DNA of 64,000 nucleotides from Vulcanimicrobiota bacterium (GTDB lineage Bacteria > Vulcanimicrobiota > Xenobia > Xenobiales > QWHO01): the NCBI GenBank assembly GCA_039809865.1, contig JBDHVW010000023.1, forward strand, positions 14,947-78,946, given 5' to 3'. Every line of letters starts with the position of its first letter. Within the stretch, counting starts at the first letter, position 1. A program made the translations under genes and the position numbers. The notes beneath the pieces were generated by a model, which was not told the DNA's origin, ran no database searches, and saw only the letters and a program-made list of their open reading frames with translations. This document shows positions 29,284-37,856 of this stretch, one piece after another.

Positions 29284-29581
29284 GTTGAAAACAGCTCTGA
29301 TCTTCGGCGTCGTCCTGTGCACCCTGGTCGTGGGCCCGGCCCAGGCCGAGGGGGTGAACCAGCGAGAACGCCACCAGGGAAGCCGGATCTACGGGGGCAT
29401 CCAGAATGGAGAGCTTTCCCAGGGAGAAGCGCGCCGCGTCTCCCGCGACCTGGCCCACGTGCAGCGCGTCGAGGATCGCTTCCGCCGGTCGGGCTCCGGC
29501 TACAGCGTTCGTGAGCGCTGCGCCACCCAGGCCATGCTGAACCGCAGCAGCAACCGGATCTATCGTCTCAAGCACAACTAG
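29282..29581 (+). CDS. Small secreted protein (99 aa)
   Basis: AAGAGG RBS 9 nt upstream, signal peptide MLKTALIFGVVLCTLVVGPAQA. Confidence 0.5.
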   Translation: MLKTALIFGVVLCTLVVGPAQAEGVNQRERHQGSRIYGGIQNGELSQGEARRVSRDLAHVQRVEDRFRRSGSGYSVRERCATQAMLNRSSNRIYRLKHN

Positions 29582-29613
29582 GAATCCGGGTCCTCGCGCT
29601 CGAAAATTCCTCA

Positions 29614-30387
29614 ATGCGTTGGCTGCGCGTTACGGGCCTGCTGGTGATGGGGCTGCTCCTGATGGCGCAGACCTATACCGACGACGACATCGAGCAGATG
29701 AAGTCCCGTTACGAGCCCGTGCGCGTTCGCAAGGGCGATCTGCCCCGGGAGTTTCTCGAGCGCGAGTACCAGGCGCCGCGCCTGGTCGACTGGATGCTCC
29801 CCTACGAGAAGTGGGAGGAGGAATACCGCAAGTATTTCCAGCGCCACTACCACGACCCGTCGCTCACGTTCAAGCCCACGGCCATCGTGATGCACTACAC
29901 GGTCACCCCCGATGCGTTCAGCGTGCGCAACGGATTCGTGCGCGGCTGCAACATGTCCAACGGAGACAAGGGGACGATCTGGGGGCATTCCAGCGTGCAG
30001 CTGATGATCGGCCCCACGGGCACGGTCTACCAACTGCTGCCCCTGGACCGCCGCTGCACGGGAGCCTACGGCGTCAACCACGTGGCCCTGTCGATCGAGA
30101 TGGTGGCCCGTAACGAGAGCGAGCTGCTCGGCCGCCCCAAGCAGATCTGGGCGAGCTTTTGCCTGGTCCGCTCCCTGATGCGGCAGTTCGACATTCCCGC
30201 CAGCCGGATCTATGCCCACTACGAGGTGAGCACCGGAGTCTCGGTCGTGCCCGACTATCTCGACTACAACGACGATACCTACCCCGACGGCTATCCCCCC
30301 AACAGCGCGCGCACCGACCCCGGTCGGACCTACATGAAGTGGCTGAGGCAGTATCTGGCCAAAGTGGGCCCGGCGCCCGAGGAGTAG
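29614..30387 (+). CDS. N-acetylmuramoyl-L-alanine amidase (Amidase_2 / PGRP-like), secreted
   Basis: Signal-like N-terminus, IVMHYTVT and GAYGVNHVALSIEMV resemble the Amidase_2 Zn-ligand regions. Confidence 0.7.
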   Translation: MRWLRVTGLLVMGLLLMAQTYTDDDIEQMKSRYEPVRVRKGDLPREFLEREYQAPRLVDWMLPYEKWEEEYRKYFQRHYHDPSLTFKPTAIVMHYTVTPDAFSVRNGFVRGCNMSNGDKGTIWGHSSVQLMIGPTGTVYQLLPLDRRCTGAYGVNHVALSIEMVARNESELLGRPKQIWASFCLVRSLMRQFDIPASRIYAHYEVSTGVSVVPDYLDYNDDTYPDGYPPNSARTDPGRTYMKWLRQYLAKVGPAPEE

Positions 30388-30419
30388 CGCTCCCGGGCCG
30401 AGAACTCCAGGCTTTGGCC

Positions 30420-31256
30420 GTGAAGAAGATCCAACCCACCCCCGAGCAATGGGCGTGCCTGCTGCCCATGGAGCGTTTCCACTTCAAAGTGGTGGATGCC
30501 ATCAACCGCTCCAACTGGCTCCCTGCTATCACATCCACCCTGAACTGCCATATTTCGCGCTTCTGGGTCGAGCAATTCGTGCGCAACCACATGCAGGACC
30601 ACGGCTTCGAGAATTTCCGCAAGGTCGATCCTGCCCGCGGTGTCTTCCTGGTGGCCAATCACCGCACGTTCTATGACCAGTTCTCGATCATGGGCCGCCT
30701 CTTTACGCTTTACGGCAATCACCATCGCATCTTCTTCCCGATCCGGGCGCCTTTCTTCTACGACTCGCTGGCGGGCATGTTCGTCAACCTCTCGCTGGCG
30801 TTTGGGGCCATGTACCCGCCCATCATGCGCGAGCCCAAACGCAAGGTCTGGAACAGCTTTGCCATGGACCTGCTGGCCGAGCTGCTGCAGGACAAGCGCA
30901 ACCTGGTGGGCTTCCATCCCGAGGGCAAGCGCAGCCAGGAGCCGGACCCCTACACGCTGCTGCCGGGCAAGCTGGGCACCGGAATGGTCATCCACAAGTC
31001 GCGCGCCAACGTCGTCCCGGTTTACCTGCAGGGCTTCCCGCGCAGCGTGCTGCCCTGGCCGGGGGCCAACCTGGTCGGCAAACCGAAGCCGGTAGTGCAC
31101 GCGGTGATGGGCCCCCCGGTAGATTGCTCGGAAGAGCTGGAGATGCCGGCCGACCGGCGCACCTATATGCGCATCACCAAAAAAGTGATGGACGCGCTGG
31201 CCGCGGCGGCCGAGCGCGAACGGGCCATCCGGGCCGAATGGAGGGTAAACGCTTGA
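30420..31256 (+). CDS. 1-acyl-sn-glycerol-3-phosphate acyltransferase family (PlsC-like)
   Basis: HX4D motif NHRTFYD and FHPEGKRS (PEGTR-like) motif. Start uncertain (GTG 30420 or ATG 30468). The track start 30159 lies inside the amidase gene. Confidence 0.7.
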   Translation: MKKIQPTPEQWACLLPMERFHFKVVDAINRSNWLPAITSTLNCHISRFWVEQFVRNHMQDHGFENFRKVDPARGVFLVANHRTFYDQFSIMGRLFTLYGNHHRIFFPIRAPFFYDSLAGMFVNLSLAFGAMYPPIMREPKRKVWNSFAMDLLAELLQDKRNLVGFHPEGKRSQEPDPYTLLPGKLGTGMVIHKSRANVVPVYLQGFPRSVLPWPGANLVGKPKPVVHAVMGPPVDCSEELEMPADRRTYMRITKKVMDALAAAAERERAIRAEWRVNA

Positions 31257-31588
31257 GGACCTTATTGTTGTGCTTGTTACTGACCGGGCTGGTGTGGGCC
31301 CAGGACCTGTCGCGCCCGGAGGGCCGCTGGGAGGTCGCCCACACCGACGGCAAGACCTTCCACATCGATGTTCAGATCGACCACACATGCACCAGCGACT
31401 ACGGCGGCGGCGAGGTGGGCAGCTGGCGCTACGAGCCCGGCGTGGGCCTGACCCTGGACTGGACCGACGGCTGGCGCGACCGCATCTTCACAACGCCCGA
31501 GGGCGAGCTGGTCAAATGGGGCTGGAAGCCCGGCGCCGACCGCAACGGCGAGCCCAGTAACCGGACGAGGGCCCGCAAGCTACGCTGA
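31238..31588 (+). CDS. Small secreted protein (116 aa)
   Basis: MEGKRLRTLLLCLLLTGLVWAQD signal peptide. Overlaps the plsC-like 3' end by 19 nt. Confidence 0.5.
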   Translation: MEGKRLRTLLLCLLLTGLVWAQDLSRPEGRWEVAHTDGKTFHIDVQIDHTCTSDYGGGEVGSWRYEPGVGLTLDWTDGWRDRIFTTPEGELVKWGWKPGADRNGEPSNRTRARKLR

Positions 31589-32602
31589 CTTGCCCTCGCG
31601 TCTGGCCAGGTCTTCCGCTTTCTTCTTGAGGGCGTCCTCGCGGTAACGCAGCATCTCCTCGCGGACGTGCCGCTCGCGGTCCATCCTGGTCACGGCGCCG
31701 GCCTGCTCTTTCTCGGACAGGGCGACCTCTTGCTCGCGCGCGTCCAGAGCCTTGTCGCGCTTGTCCATGTCCAGCCATTCCTGGCCCTGGTGGCCGCGAT
31801 ACCTGGCCTCGGAGACGCCTTTGCGGATCAGGTCCACGATGGTCATCCCGCCGACGAAGCAGATGGCGCCCAGCACCACCCCGCCCACCAGCGCGCCGGC
31901 GGCGGCGCCGCCCACCAGGGTGGGGAAGTTGAGGTTGGCCGCGATCAGGCCCTGGGCCAGACCCGCGCCCGTCATGATGCCCGCGCCCATGGCCGCGCCC
32001 CCGGCCACGCCACTCAGGGTGGCCATGCCGCCGATCACCATGCCCACGTTGCGCATCGGGCCGCTGCCCAGGGAAACATAGGGACGCTGCTCGTCCGGAT
32101 CCGGGGGCGCCGGTGGAGGCGTCGCGGCCGGGGCCCCCGCGCCGTTCTTCTCCAGCCAGTGAGCGCTGGCGCCCTTCAGCGCACCGACGGCCGCACCCGG
32201 CACGAAGGCCGGCTTGCCCGCGATCTCGCCCAGAGAGTTGCCGATGCGCCAGCCACCGGCGGCGCCGCAGACGCCGCCGAGCACCATGCCGGCCGCGCCG
32301 AAAGCGTTGATCGTATGGAGCCCGGTCGTCAGGAAGCTCCAGCCGCCGTGGCTCATGGCCGCGGCCACCGGTCCGGCGAAGCCGCCGCCCAGAATGCCGC
32401 CCGCCAGGGCTCCTCCGATGACGCCGCCGTAGAGTCCCAGCATCATCAGCGAGAATCCGCCGGCTCCCGCGGAAATGTTGGAGCTCTCTTCCATCCACTC
32501 GCGCCCGGTCTCGAGAGCGGCTTCTTTGACGTCCTGGCCCAGCGTGCGCTCGGCCCGGGGTGGGGTCTGCACCGGAGCGGTGCGGACGGCTTGCACGTTC
32601 AC
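31580..32602 (-). CDS. Glycine-zipper membrane protein with C-terminal Lys/Glu coiled-coil, paralog B
   Basis: Two GxxxG-rich hydrophobic blocks (HGGWSFLTTGL...), acidic linker, and C-terminal RDKALDAREQEVALSEKEQ coiled-coil. ATGA overlap with paralog A. Confidence 0.5.
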   Translation of the reverse strand: MNVQAVRTAPVQTPPRAERTLGQDVKEAALETGREWMEESSNISAGAGGFSLMMLGLYGGVIGGALAGGILGGGFAGPVAAAMSHGGWSFLTTGLHTINAFGAAGMVLGGVCGAAGGWRIGNSLGEIAGKPAFVPGAAVGALKGASAHWLEKNGAGAPAATPPPAPPDPDEQRPYVSLGSGPMRNVGMVIGGMATLSGVAGGAAMGAGIMTGAGLAQGLIAANLNFPTLVGGAAAGALVGGVVLGAICFVGGMTIVDLIRKGVSEARYRGHQGQEWLDMDKRDKALDAREQEVALSEKEQAGAVTRMDRERHVREEMLRYREDALKKKAEDLARREGKSA

Positions 32603-33660
32603 CGCGCACCTCCCAGCTTCTGCTCGCGCTCGGCCAGCTGTTTGGCCAGCGCGTCGAGCTCCGCCTGGCGCTTGTCCAGGGCCTGGTTCTTGAGCTTGTC
32701 GTCCTCGGCCGCTTTGCCGGCGTCGACCTTGACCTTGTCAGCGCGATCCTGCAGCGCTTTCTCGCGCTCGTTCTGTTTGGCCTCGCGCTCGTTGAGCTGC
32801 TTGGCGGTGGTTTTGTGGCCGGAGGTGAGCTTGCCGCCGGTCTTGTCCCAGATCGTCTGCGCGGCCTGCACCAGCTGCAATCCACCGCGCCCGCCGATGT
32901 AGGCCAGCGCTACCGCGCCTACCAGGCCGCCCACCAGAGCCGTGGCGGGCAGGGCTGACACGAAGCCGCCCCAGGTCAGCGAGCTGGACAGCGCCGTGTG
33001 GGCCAGGCTGCCGGCGGCGGCCAGCGTGGCGCCACCCACGAATCCGCCCACGCCGCCCGAGACCGCGGCAGCCCCGGCCACCATACGGGCGGCCGGCTCG
33101 AACTTGCCGTGGAACGTCGGACCGGATTTCTTGACCGCGGGTTTCTCGTCCTCGGGCTCGGCGCCCGGGACCTCGATCCCCGCCAGTCCTTTGGCTCCGC
33201 CCACCACGAAGCCGGCTCCGAAGCCGACCCCTTTGGCCAGCTTGCCGCCGACTTTCGTGCCCAGACTGAAAGCTCCCAGCGTACCGGTGGCGCCGCCCAG
33301 GATCATTCCCACTTTGGCAGCCGTGCCGGCCGTCGTCAGAGTGGTGGTCACGAATCCCCAGGCGCCGTGGCTGGCCAGCGAGGCGACCACGGGGCCGAGT
33401 CCGGCGCCCAGCATCGTGCCCACCACCGCGCCCCCGAAAACCATCCCGTAGGTGGCCACGGCGGTGAGCGCGATGCCGGTCATGCCCCCGATGCCGAGCT
33501 CGAGCTTGTCGCCCCAGTCGGCGCCCTGGCGGACACCCGATTGCACGGCCAGTTGCGTGCGGGTTGGCGGCGTCGTTTGAGCGCGCGGAGCTTGGAAAGC
33601 GGTGGTGGTGGCTAGCGATACTTGCACGGGCTGCAGGATATGCATGCGCCCTGAAAACAC
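32599..33660 (-). CDS. Glycine-zipper membrane protein with C-terminal Lys/Glu coiled-coil, paralog A
   Basis: Same architecture (HGAWGFVTTTL..., KQLNEREAKQNEREKALQDRADK...). The antisense ORF 31667..32902 is rejected. Confidence 0.5.
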   Translation of the reverse strand: MFSGRMHILQPVQVSLATTTAFQAPRAQTTPPTRTQLAVQSGVRQGADWGDKLELGIGGMTGIALTAVATYGMVFGGAVVGTMLGAGLGPVVASLASHGAWGFVTTTLTTAGTAAKVGMILGGATGTLGAFSLGTKVGGKLAKGVGFGAGFVVGGAKGLAGIEVPGAEPEDEKPAVKKSGPTFHGKFEPAARMVAGAAAVSGGVGGFVGGATLAAAGSLAHTALSSSLTWGGFVSALPATALVGGLVGAVALAYIGGRGGLQLVQAAQTIWDKTGGKLTSGHKTTAKQLNEREAKQNEREKALQDRADKVKVDAGKAAEDDKLKNQALDKRQAELDALAKQLAEREQKLGGAR

Positions 33661-33694
33661 CCTTAAAAACCCCTGAAAAATTAATCCCGGTTTG
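33661..33694. promoter_or_regulatory. AT-rich island (CCTTAAAAACCCCTGAAAAATTAATCCCGG) between the PilZ gene and glycine-zipper paralog A; candidate internal promoter
   Basis: Strikingly AT-rich for a 70% GC window. AAATTAAT resembles a -10 element. Confidence 0.3.
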
Positions 33695-34302
33695 TTAACG
33701 GATCCCCAGGTCGAGATACCGGTTCAGCAGCGCCGTCTGCTCCGGGCTCAGGGGGAGGAAGGCCAGTCCAAAGCAGCCATCGGTCTGGTGAGCGATGCGG
33801 GCCCGGGTCTCGAGCGGCTCGACGCCCTCGGTCGGGCCGATGCGCAGAGTGACCTCGGACCCCTGCTCCAGGGCCTCGTCCAGCGTGACCAGCACGCCCC
33901 CCGGGCCGAGGTTCTCGACGTTGCCGGCCAGCTTGCCGTTGACCTGGATCGGCAGCAGGATAGGCGCGCGCACGTCGTTGCGCCGCTCGTCCCTGGAGCT
34001 GTCGAGCTGTTTCAGGGCCGACTCCACCCAGGTGCCCTCGGGCGAGCCGCAGTAGCTGCAGCCGACCTCGATGATGCTGGTGAAGCTCTTGGGCTGGCAC
34101 CACCGCACCTCGAGCTCGAGGCCTTTCCCCTCGCGGTCCTGGCGGGCGAAGACGGTCAAACGGGTCCCGGATTCGAGCTTCTGGGGGACGGCCAGACGCA
34201 TTCCCTCGGCGCCCAGATCGATGACGGTGGCGTTGAACTCGGTATCGTCTACTTCGCAGAGAATGGAGTAGCGGCTACCGAAGCGGCGGGTCTGGCGTTT
34301 CT
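33695..34302 (-). CDS. Tandem PilZ-domain protein (c-di-GMP receptor candidate)
   Basis: Two PilZ signatures: QKRQTRRFGSRYS...DLGAEGMRL and RRNDVRAPILLP...NLGPGGVLV (RxxxR ... D/NxSxxG). Putative GTG start 34302 overlaps the hyuB 3' end by 28 nt. Confidence 0.6.
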
Positions 34303-35837
34303 GTTGCAGCACGCGGCCGATCTTCGGCTTTCCCCCAACCGCCGCCTCCCGGAGTCTGAATGGACAACACCGACCCGGCCGGAAGCTCGCGGGTAAACTG
34401 CGCCGGCAACCGCTCGCGCGTGCCGTCGGGCAGCAGGAGGTGGTCCTCGCCCGGTTGGCCGGGCTCTCCACCGGCCGCGCCCGGAGGACCGGCCGCGCGA
34501 CGCTGCGCCAGCAGCGACACGGTGGCAGGCTGGAGCAACTCGACCTCCCGGACGAGCCCTTCGCCGCCCGGGAAGGCGCCGCTGCCGCCGCTGCCCCGGC
34601 GCAGCGCGTAGCGCCTCAGGCGCAGCGGGTGATCCGACTCGAGCGATTCGGCCGGCGTGTTGCGGGTATTGGTCATGTGCACCTGCAGTCCGGAGCCGCC
34701 CGTCTGGTTGCGGGCGGCTCCCGCGCCTCCGCCCGAGGTCTCGTAGTAGGCCCAGTCGCGCCCTCCCATGACGAGGTTGTTCATGGTGCCGGCCGAGCAG
34801 GCGGGCACCACGTCTGGGAGCAGCTGTCCCAGGGCCTGGAACACGACGTCCACGAGGCGCTGGGAGGTCTCGACGTTGCCGGCGGCCACGGCCGCCCAGG
34901 CGGGCGGGTTGACCAGACTTCCGGCCGGAGCCACGATGCTGACCGGGTGAAAGGCGCCCTGGTTCACTGGAATGCGGCCTCCCAGCAGGCAGAGCACGCA
35001 GTAGTAGACGGCCGCGCTGGTGACCGGGAACGGCGCATTCAGGTTGGACCGGCGGGCGTCGGCGGTGCCGCTGAAGTCGCAGTGCAGCCCGTCGTCGCGG
35101 GTTTCGAGCGTGAGCCGGAGCGGGACCCGCTCGCCCAGGTCGTCCAGAAAGTCCTCGGCGGTAACGCGGCCCCGGGGCAGCTCGCGCAGACCCTTGCGGA
35201 CCATCCGCTCGGAGTGCTCGAGCAGGGCCCGGCAGGCGGCGTGCCATTCGGTTCGACGCGCCAGCTCGGTGGTGCGCTTCTGGGCCGTGTGGTTGGCGGC
35301 CATCTGGGCCAGCAGGTCCCCTTCACGCTCGCGCGGCGTGCGCACGTTGCGCAGCAGCAGCGACCAGATGTCGCCGTTCCGACGGCCGTTTTGCACGAGT
35401 CGAACCGGCGGCAGGATGAGCCCTTCCTGGACCAGCTCGCGGGACATCGGCATGGAGCCGGCCGCCATTCCCCCCACGTCGGCGTGGTGGGCCCGCGAGG
35501 CCGCGTAACCGAGGCGCACGCCGCCCAGCGTGAGGGGGGCGACCAGCGTCAGGTCGGGGAGGTGGGTGCCGCCCCAGGTCGGGTCGTTGACCACCACCAT
35601 GTCCTTCGGACCCATGGGAACCTCGCGCGCCAGGCGCTGCATCAGTTGCGGCATCGACCCGAGGTGCACCGGGATGTGGGCCGCCTGCGCCAGCAGCTGT
35701 CCGTCGTTGTCGAACAGCGCGCACGAGAAGTCGAGGCGCTCACGGATGTTGGGCGAGAACGCCGACCTGCGCAGGGCGGCTCCCATCTCGTCGGCGATGC
35801 CCTCGAGGAGGCTCTGGAAGACGGCGAGGTCTTTCAT
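34275..35837 (-). CDS. hyuB: Hydantoinase B / 5-oxoprolinase subunit (HyuB family)
   Basis: 520 aa, family-typical regions (VVNDPTWGGTHLPD, GDLLAQMAANH). ATGA overlap with hyuA. Confidence 0.85.
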   Translation of the reverse strand: MKDLAVFQSLLEGIADEMGAALRRSAFSPNIRERLDFSCALFDNDGQLLAQAAHIPVHLGSMPQLMQRLAREVPMGPKDMVVVNDPTWGGTHLPDLTLVAPLTLGGVRLGYAASRAHHADVGGMAAGSMPMSRELVQEGLILPPVRLVQNGRRNGDIWSLLLRNVRTPREREGDLLAQMAANHTAQKRTTELARRTEWHAACRALLEHSERMVRKGLRELPRGRVTAEDFLDDLGERVPLRLTLETRDDGLHCDFSGTADARRSNLNAPFPVTSAAVYYCVLCLLGGRIPVNQGAFHPVSIVAPAGSLVNPPAWAAVAAGNVETSQRLVDVVFQALGQLLPDVVPACSAGTMNNLVMGGRDWAYYETSGGGAGAARNQTGGSGLQVHMTNTRNTPAESLESDHPLRLRRYALRRGSGGSGAFPGGEGLVREVELLQPATVSLLAQRRAAGPPGAAGGEPGQPGEDHLLLPDGTRERLPAQFTRELPAGSVLSIQTPGGGGWGKAEDRPRAATETPDPPLR

Positions 35838-37705
35838 TGGAGAGGGGGCTCCAGAATCAGGTTTTGATGGGCGTCCACGCGCGCCTTCCAGCCGTCCGCG
35901 AGGTAGGTCGTGCAGTCGAGCTGCTCGATGCGCGCCGGGCCCGCAAAGCAGTCACCCGGCTGCAACCGGGCGCGCTCGAAGCGCATCCCCTGCAATGGGC
36001 GCTCCTGCACCGGCGCGGCGGAGAAGCGCGGCCGGGGGCGGGGGCGGCGCGCGCGCAGACGCAAGGTGACCAGCTCCAGAGTGTAGTCTGGCCGCGCATA
36101 GCCGTAGCGCCGCTTGTGGCGCCGCTCGAAGGCCGTGCGCAGATCCGGCGTGAAGGGCACCGTCAGCTCGAAGCCCTGGCCGCGGTAGCGCAGGTCGGCG
36201 AAGCGTTGAAACCTCAGCCGCGACCCCATGGCCACCCGGGCCCGCTCTTCCAGCTCGGCGAACAGCGGCTGGCACGCGTCGAAGGTTTCGGGGCCCCAGA
36301 GCTGCTGGCGCGAAACGGCAAATTCCCGCATCCAGGGAGCCACCAGGGCGCCCAGGGCCGAGAGCACGCCCGGATAGAGGGGCACCAGCACGCGCGGCAT
36401 CCCCAGCTTCTCGGCCAGGGAGCACGCGAAGAGGGGTCCCGCGCCCCCGAAGGGCACCAGGGTGAACCGCGCCGGGTCGAACCCGCGCTCCAGCGAGATC
36501 ACTCGCAGGGCGCGCTCCATGTGGGCCTCGGCCACGGCCAGCACGTGCCGGGCGGCCTCCCGCGCCTCCCCGAGACCTAGGCGCTCGAGGGCCTGGCGCG
36601 AGCGCGCGGGATCGACCGTGATCTCTCCACCGGCCAGCACCGAGGGCATGCGCTCGAGAACCAGCAGCGCATCGGTCACGGTGGCTCGCTCGCCTCGTCC
36701 GTAGGCGGCCGGACCGGGGTCGGACCCGGCCGACTCGGGGCCAACCCGCAGGACCCCCCCGTCGTCCAACCAGGCCAGCGAGCCGCCCCCGGCGCCCACG
36801 GTGTGGACGTCGATCATCAGCTGGCGGACGGGGAGCTGCTCCAACTCGCCCTCGGCCGTGTAGGCCACCTCGCCCGGGCAGAGCGATACGTCGGTGGACG
36901 TTCCGCCCATGTCCAGGGTGACGATGGCCGGAAAGCCGGCCTGGCGGGCCACCTCGAACGCTCCGTGGACGCCCGCCGCCGGTCCCGACAGCACGGCCGC
37001 CACGGCCCGCTGCGAGGCCTCGGCCGCGCTCATCACGGCCCCGGCCGAGTGCACTACGAAGAACTTGCGGCAACCGCGGCGCGCCAGCTCCCGATCGAGC
37101 TCCTCGAGGTAGCGCCCCAGGACGGGCTGCAGGTAGGCGTTCAGCACGGTCGTGGAGGCGCGCTCGTACTCGCGCATCTCGCCGCAGACCTGATGGGAGA
37201 GCGATACCGGCAGGCCCGGGAGGGCCTCGGCCACGGCCAGCTCGTGCTCGGGACGCAGGAAGCTGAACAGAAGGCAGACGGCGACCGACTCGATCCCTTC
37301 GAGCGGAAACTCCTCGGGCAGCCGTAGGGGCTCCAGCACCTCGCCGTTGGCCGCCACCCGCTCGTGGACCTCGAGCGTATGGCGCGTGAGCGGCTCGGCT
37401 TTGCGAGGGACCAGCGCATAGAGGTCGGGGCGCGTGCCCCGGCCCAGCTCGAGCAGATCGGCGAAACCGGCGGTCGTGATCAGCGCCGTGCGCGCGCCCC
37501 TTCGTTCCAGAAAGGCGTTGGTTCCAACGGTGGTGCCCAGGGCCAGCTCGAAGGGAGCGCGCGGGCCCAGTTTCTCCAGCCCGCGCAGCACTCCGGGGGC
37601 GGCCGAGGGTCGGGTGGTGCTGACTTTGGCCAGGTGCAGGCGCCCGTCCTGGAACAGCACCAGATCGGTGAAGGTGCCGCCCGTATCCACGCCCACGAGG
37701 CTCAC
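35834..37705 (-). CDS. hyuA: Hydantoinase A / 5-oxoprolinase subunit (HyuA family)
   Basis: VSLVGVDTGGTFTDLVL N-terminal ATPase motif. GTG 37705 preferred. The longer track start at 37831 translates the 27-bp repeat array (MDRSCRRCFVDRSCRRC...). Confidence 0.85.
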   Translation of the reverse strand: MSLVGVDTGGTFTDLVLFQDGRLHLAKVSTTRPSAAPGVLRGLEKLGPRAPFELALGTTVGTNAFLERRGARTALITTAGFADLLELGRGTRPDLYALVPRKAEPLTRHTLEVHERVAANGEVLEPLRLPEEFPLEGIESVAVCLLFSFLRPEHELAVAEALPGLPVSLSHQVCGEMREYERASTTVLNAYLQPVLGRYLEELDRELARRGCRKFFVVHSAGAVMSAAEASQRAVAAVLSGPAAGVHGAFEVARQAGFPAIVTLDMGGTSTDVSLCPGEVAYTAEGELEQLPVRQLMIDVHTVGAGGGSLAWLDDGGVLRVGPESAGSDPGPAAYGRGERATVTDALLVLERMPSVLAGGEITVDPARSRQALERLGLGEAREAARHVLAVAEAHMERALRVISLERGFDPARFTLVPFGGAGPLFACSLAEKLGMPRVLVPLYPGVLSALGALVAPWMREFAVSRQQLWGPETFDACQPLFAELEERARVAMGSRLRFQRFADLRYRGQGFELTVPFTPDLRTAFERRHKRRYGYARPDYTLELVTLRLRARRPRPRPRFSAAPVQERPLQGMRFERARLQPGDCFAGPARIEQLDCTTYLADGWKARVDAHQNLILEPPLQ

Positions 37706-37753
37706 CTGGAGTTCTGTCGCCCCGGGGGCCTGAAGGTCCTGCCCGCACCCCCC

Positions 37754-37834
37754 ACAGCGACGACAGGAGCGGTCCACGAAACAGCGACGACAGGAGCGGT
37801 CCACGAAACAGCGACGACAGGAGCGGTCCACGGG
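37754..37834. repeat. 3 x 27-bp perfect/near-perfect direct tandem repeat (CAGCGACGACAGGAGCGGTCCACGAAA) in the hyuA / 37857-gene divergent intergenic region
   Basis: Read directly. Copies at 37754, 37781 and 37808 (third copy ends ...CACGGGT). Confidence 0.85.
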
Positions 37835-37856
37835 TTATAGCGAATTAAGCCTTGTT

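Noticed and set aside
31667-32902. 411-aa + ORF over the glycine-zipper genes
   Set aside because: His/Arg/Gly-rich antisense. The minus frames have organised TM blocks plus Lys/Glu coiled-coils and are paralogous.
35952-37748. 598-aa minus ORF and 247-aa + ORF over hyuA
   Set aside because: Off-frame or antisense of hyuA. R/G/P composition.
37756-37831. Cys-rich peptide MDRSCRRCFVDRSCRRCFVDRSCRRC as an N-terminal extension or leader peptide of hyuA
   Set aside because: It is the translation of the 27-bp DNA tandem repeat. The conserved hydantoinase N-terminus starts at the downstream GTG. There is no support for a Cys-rich leader.
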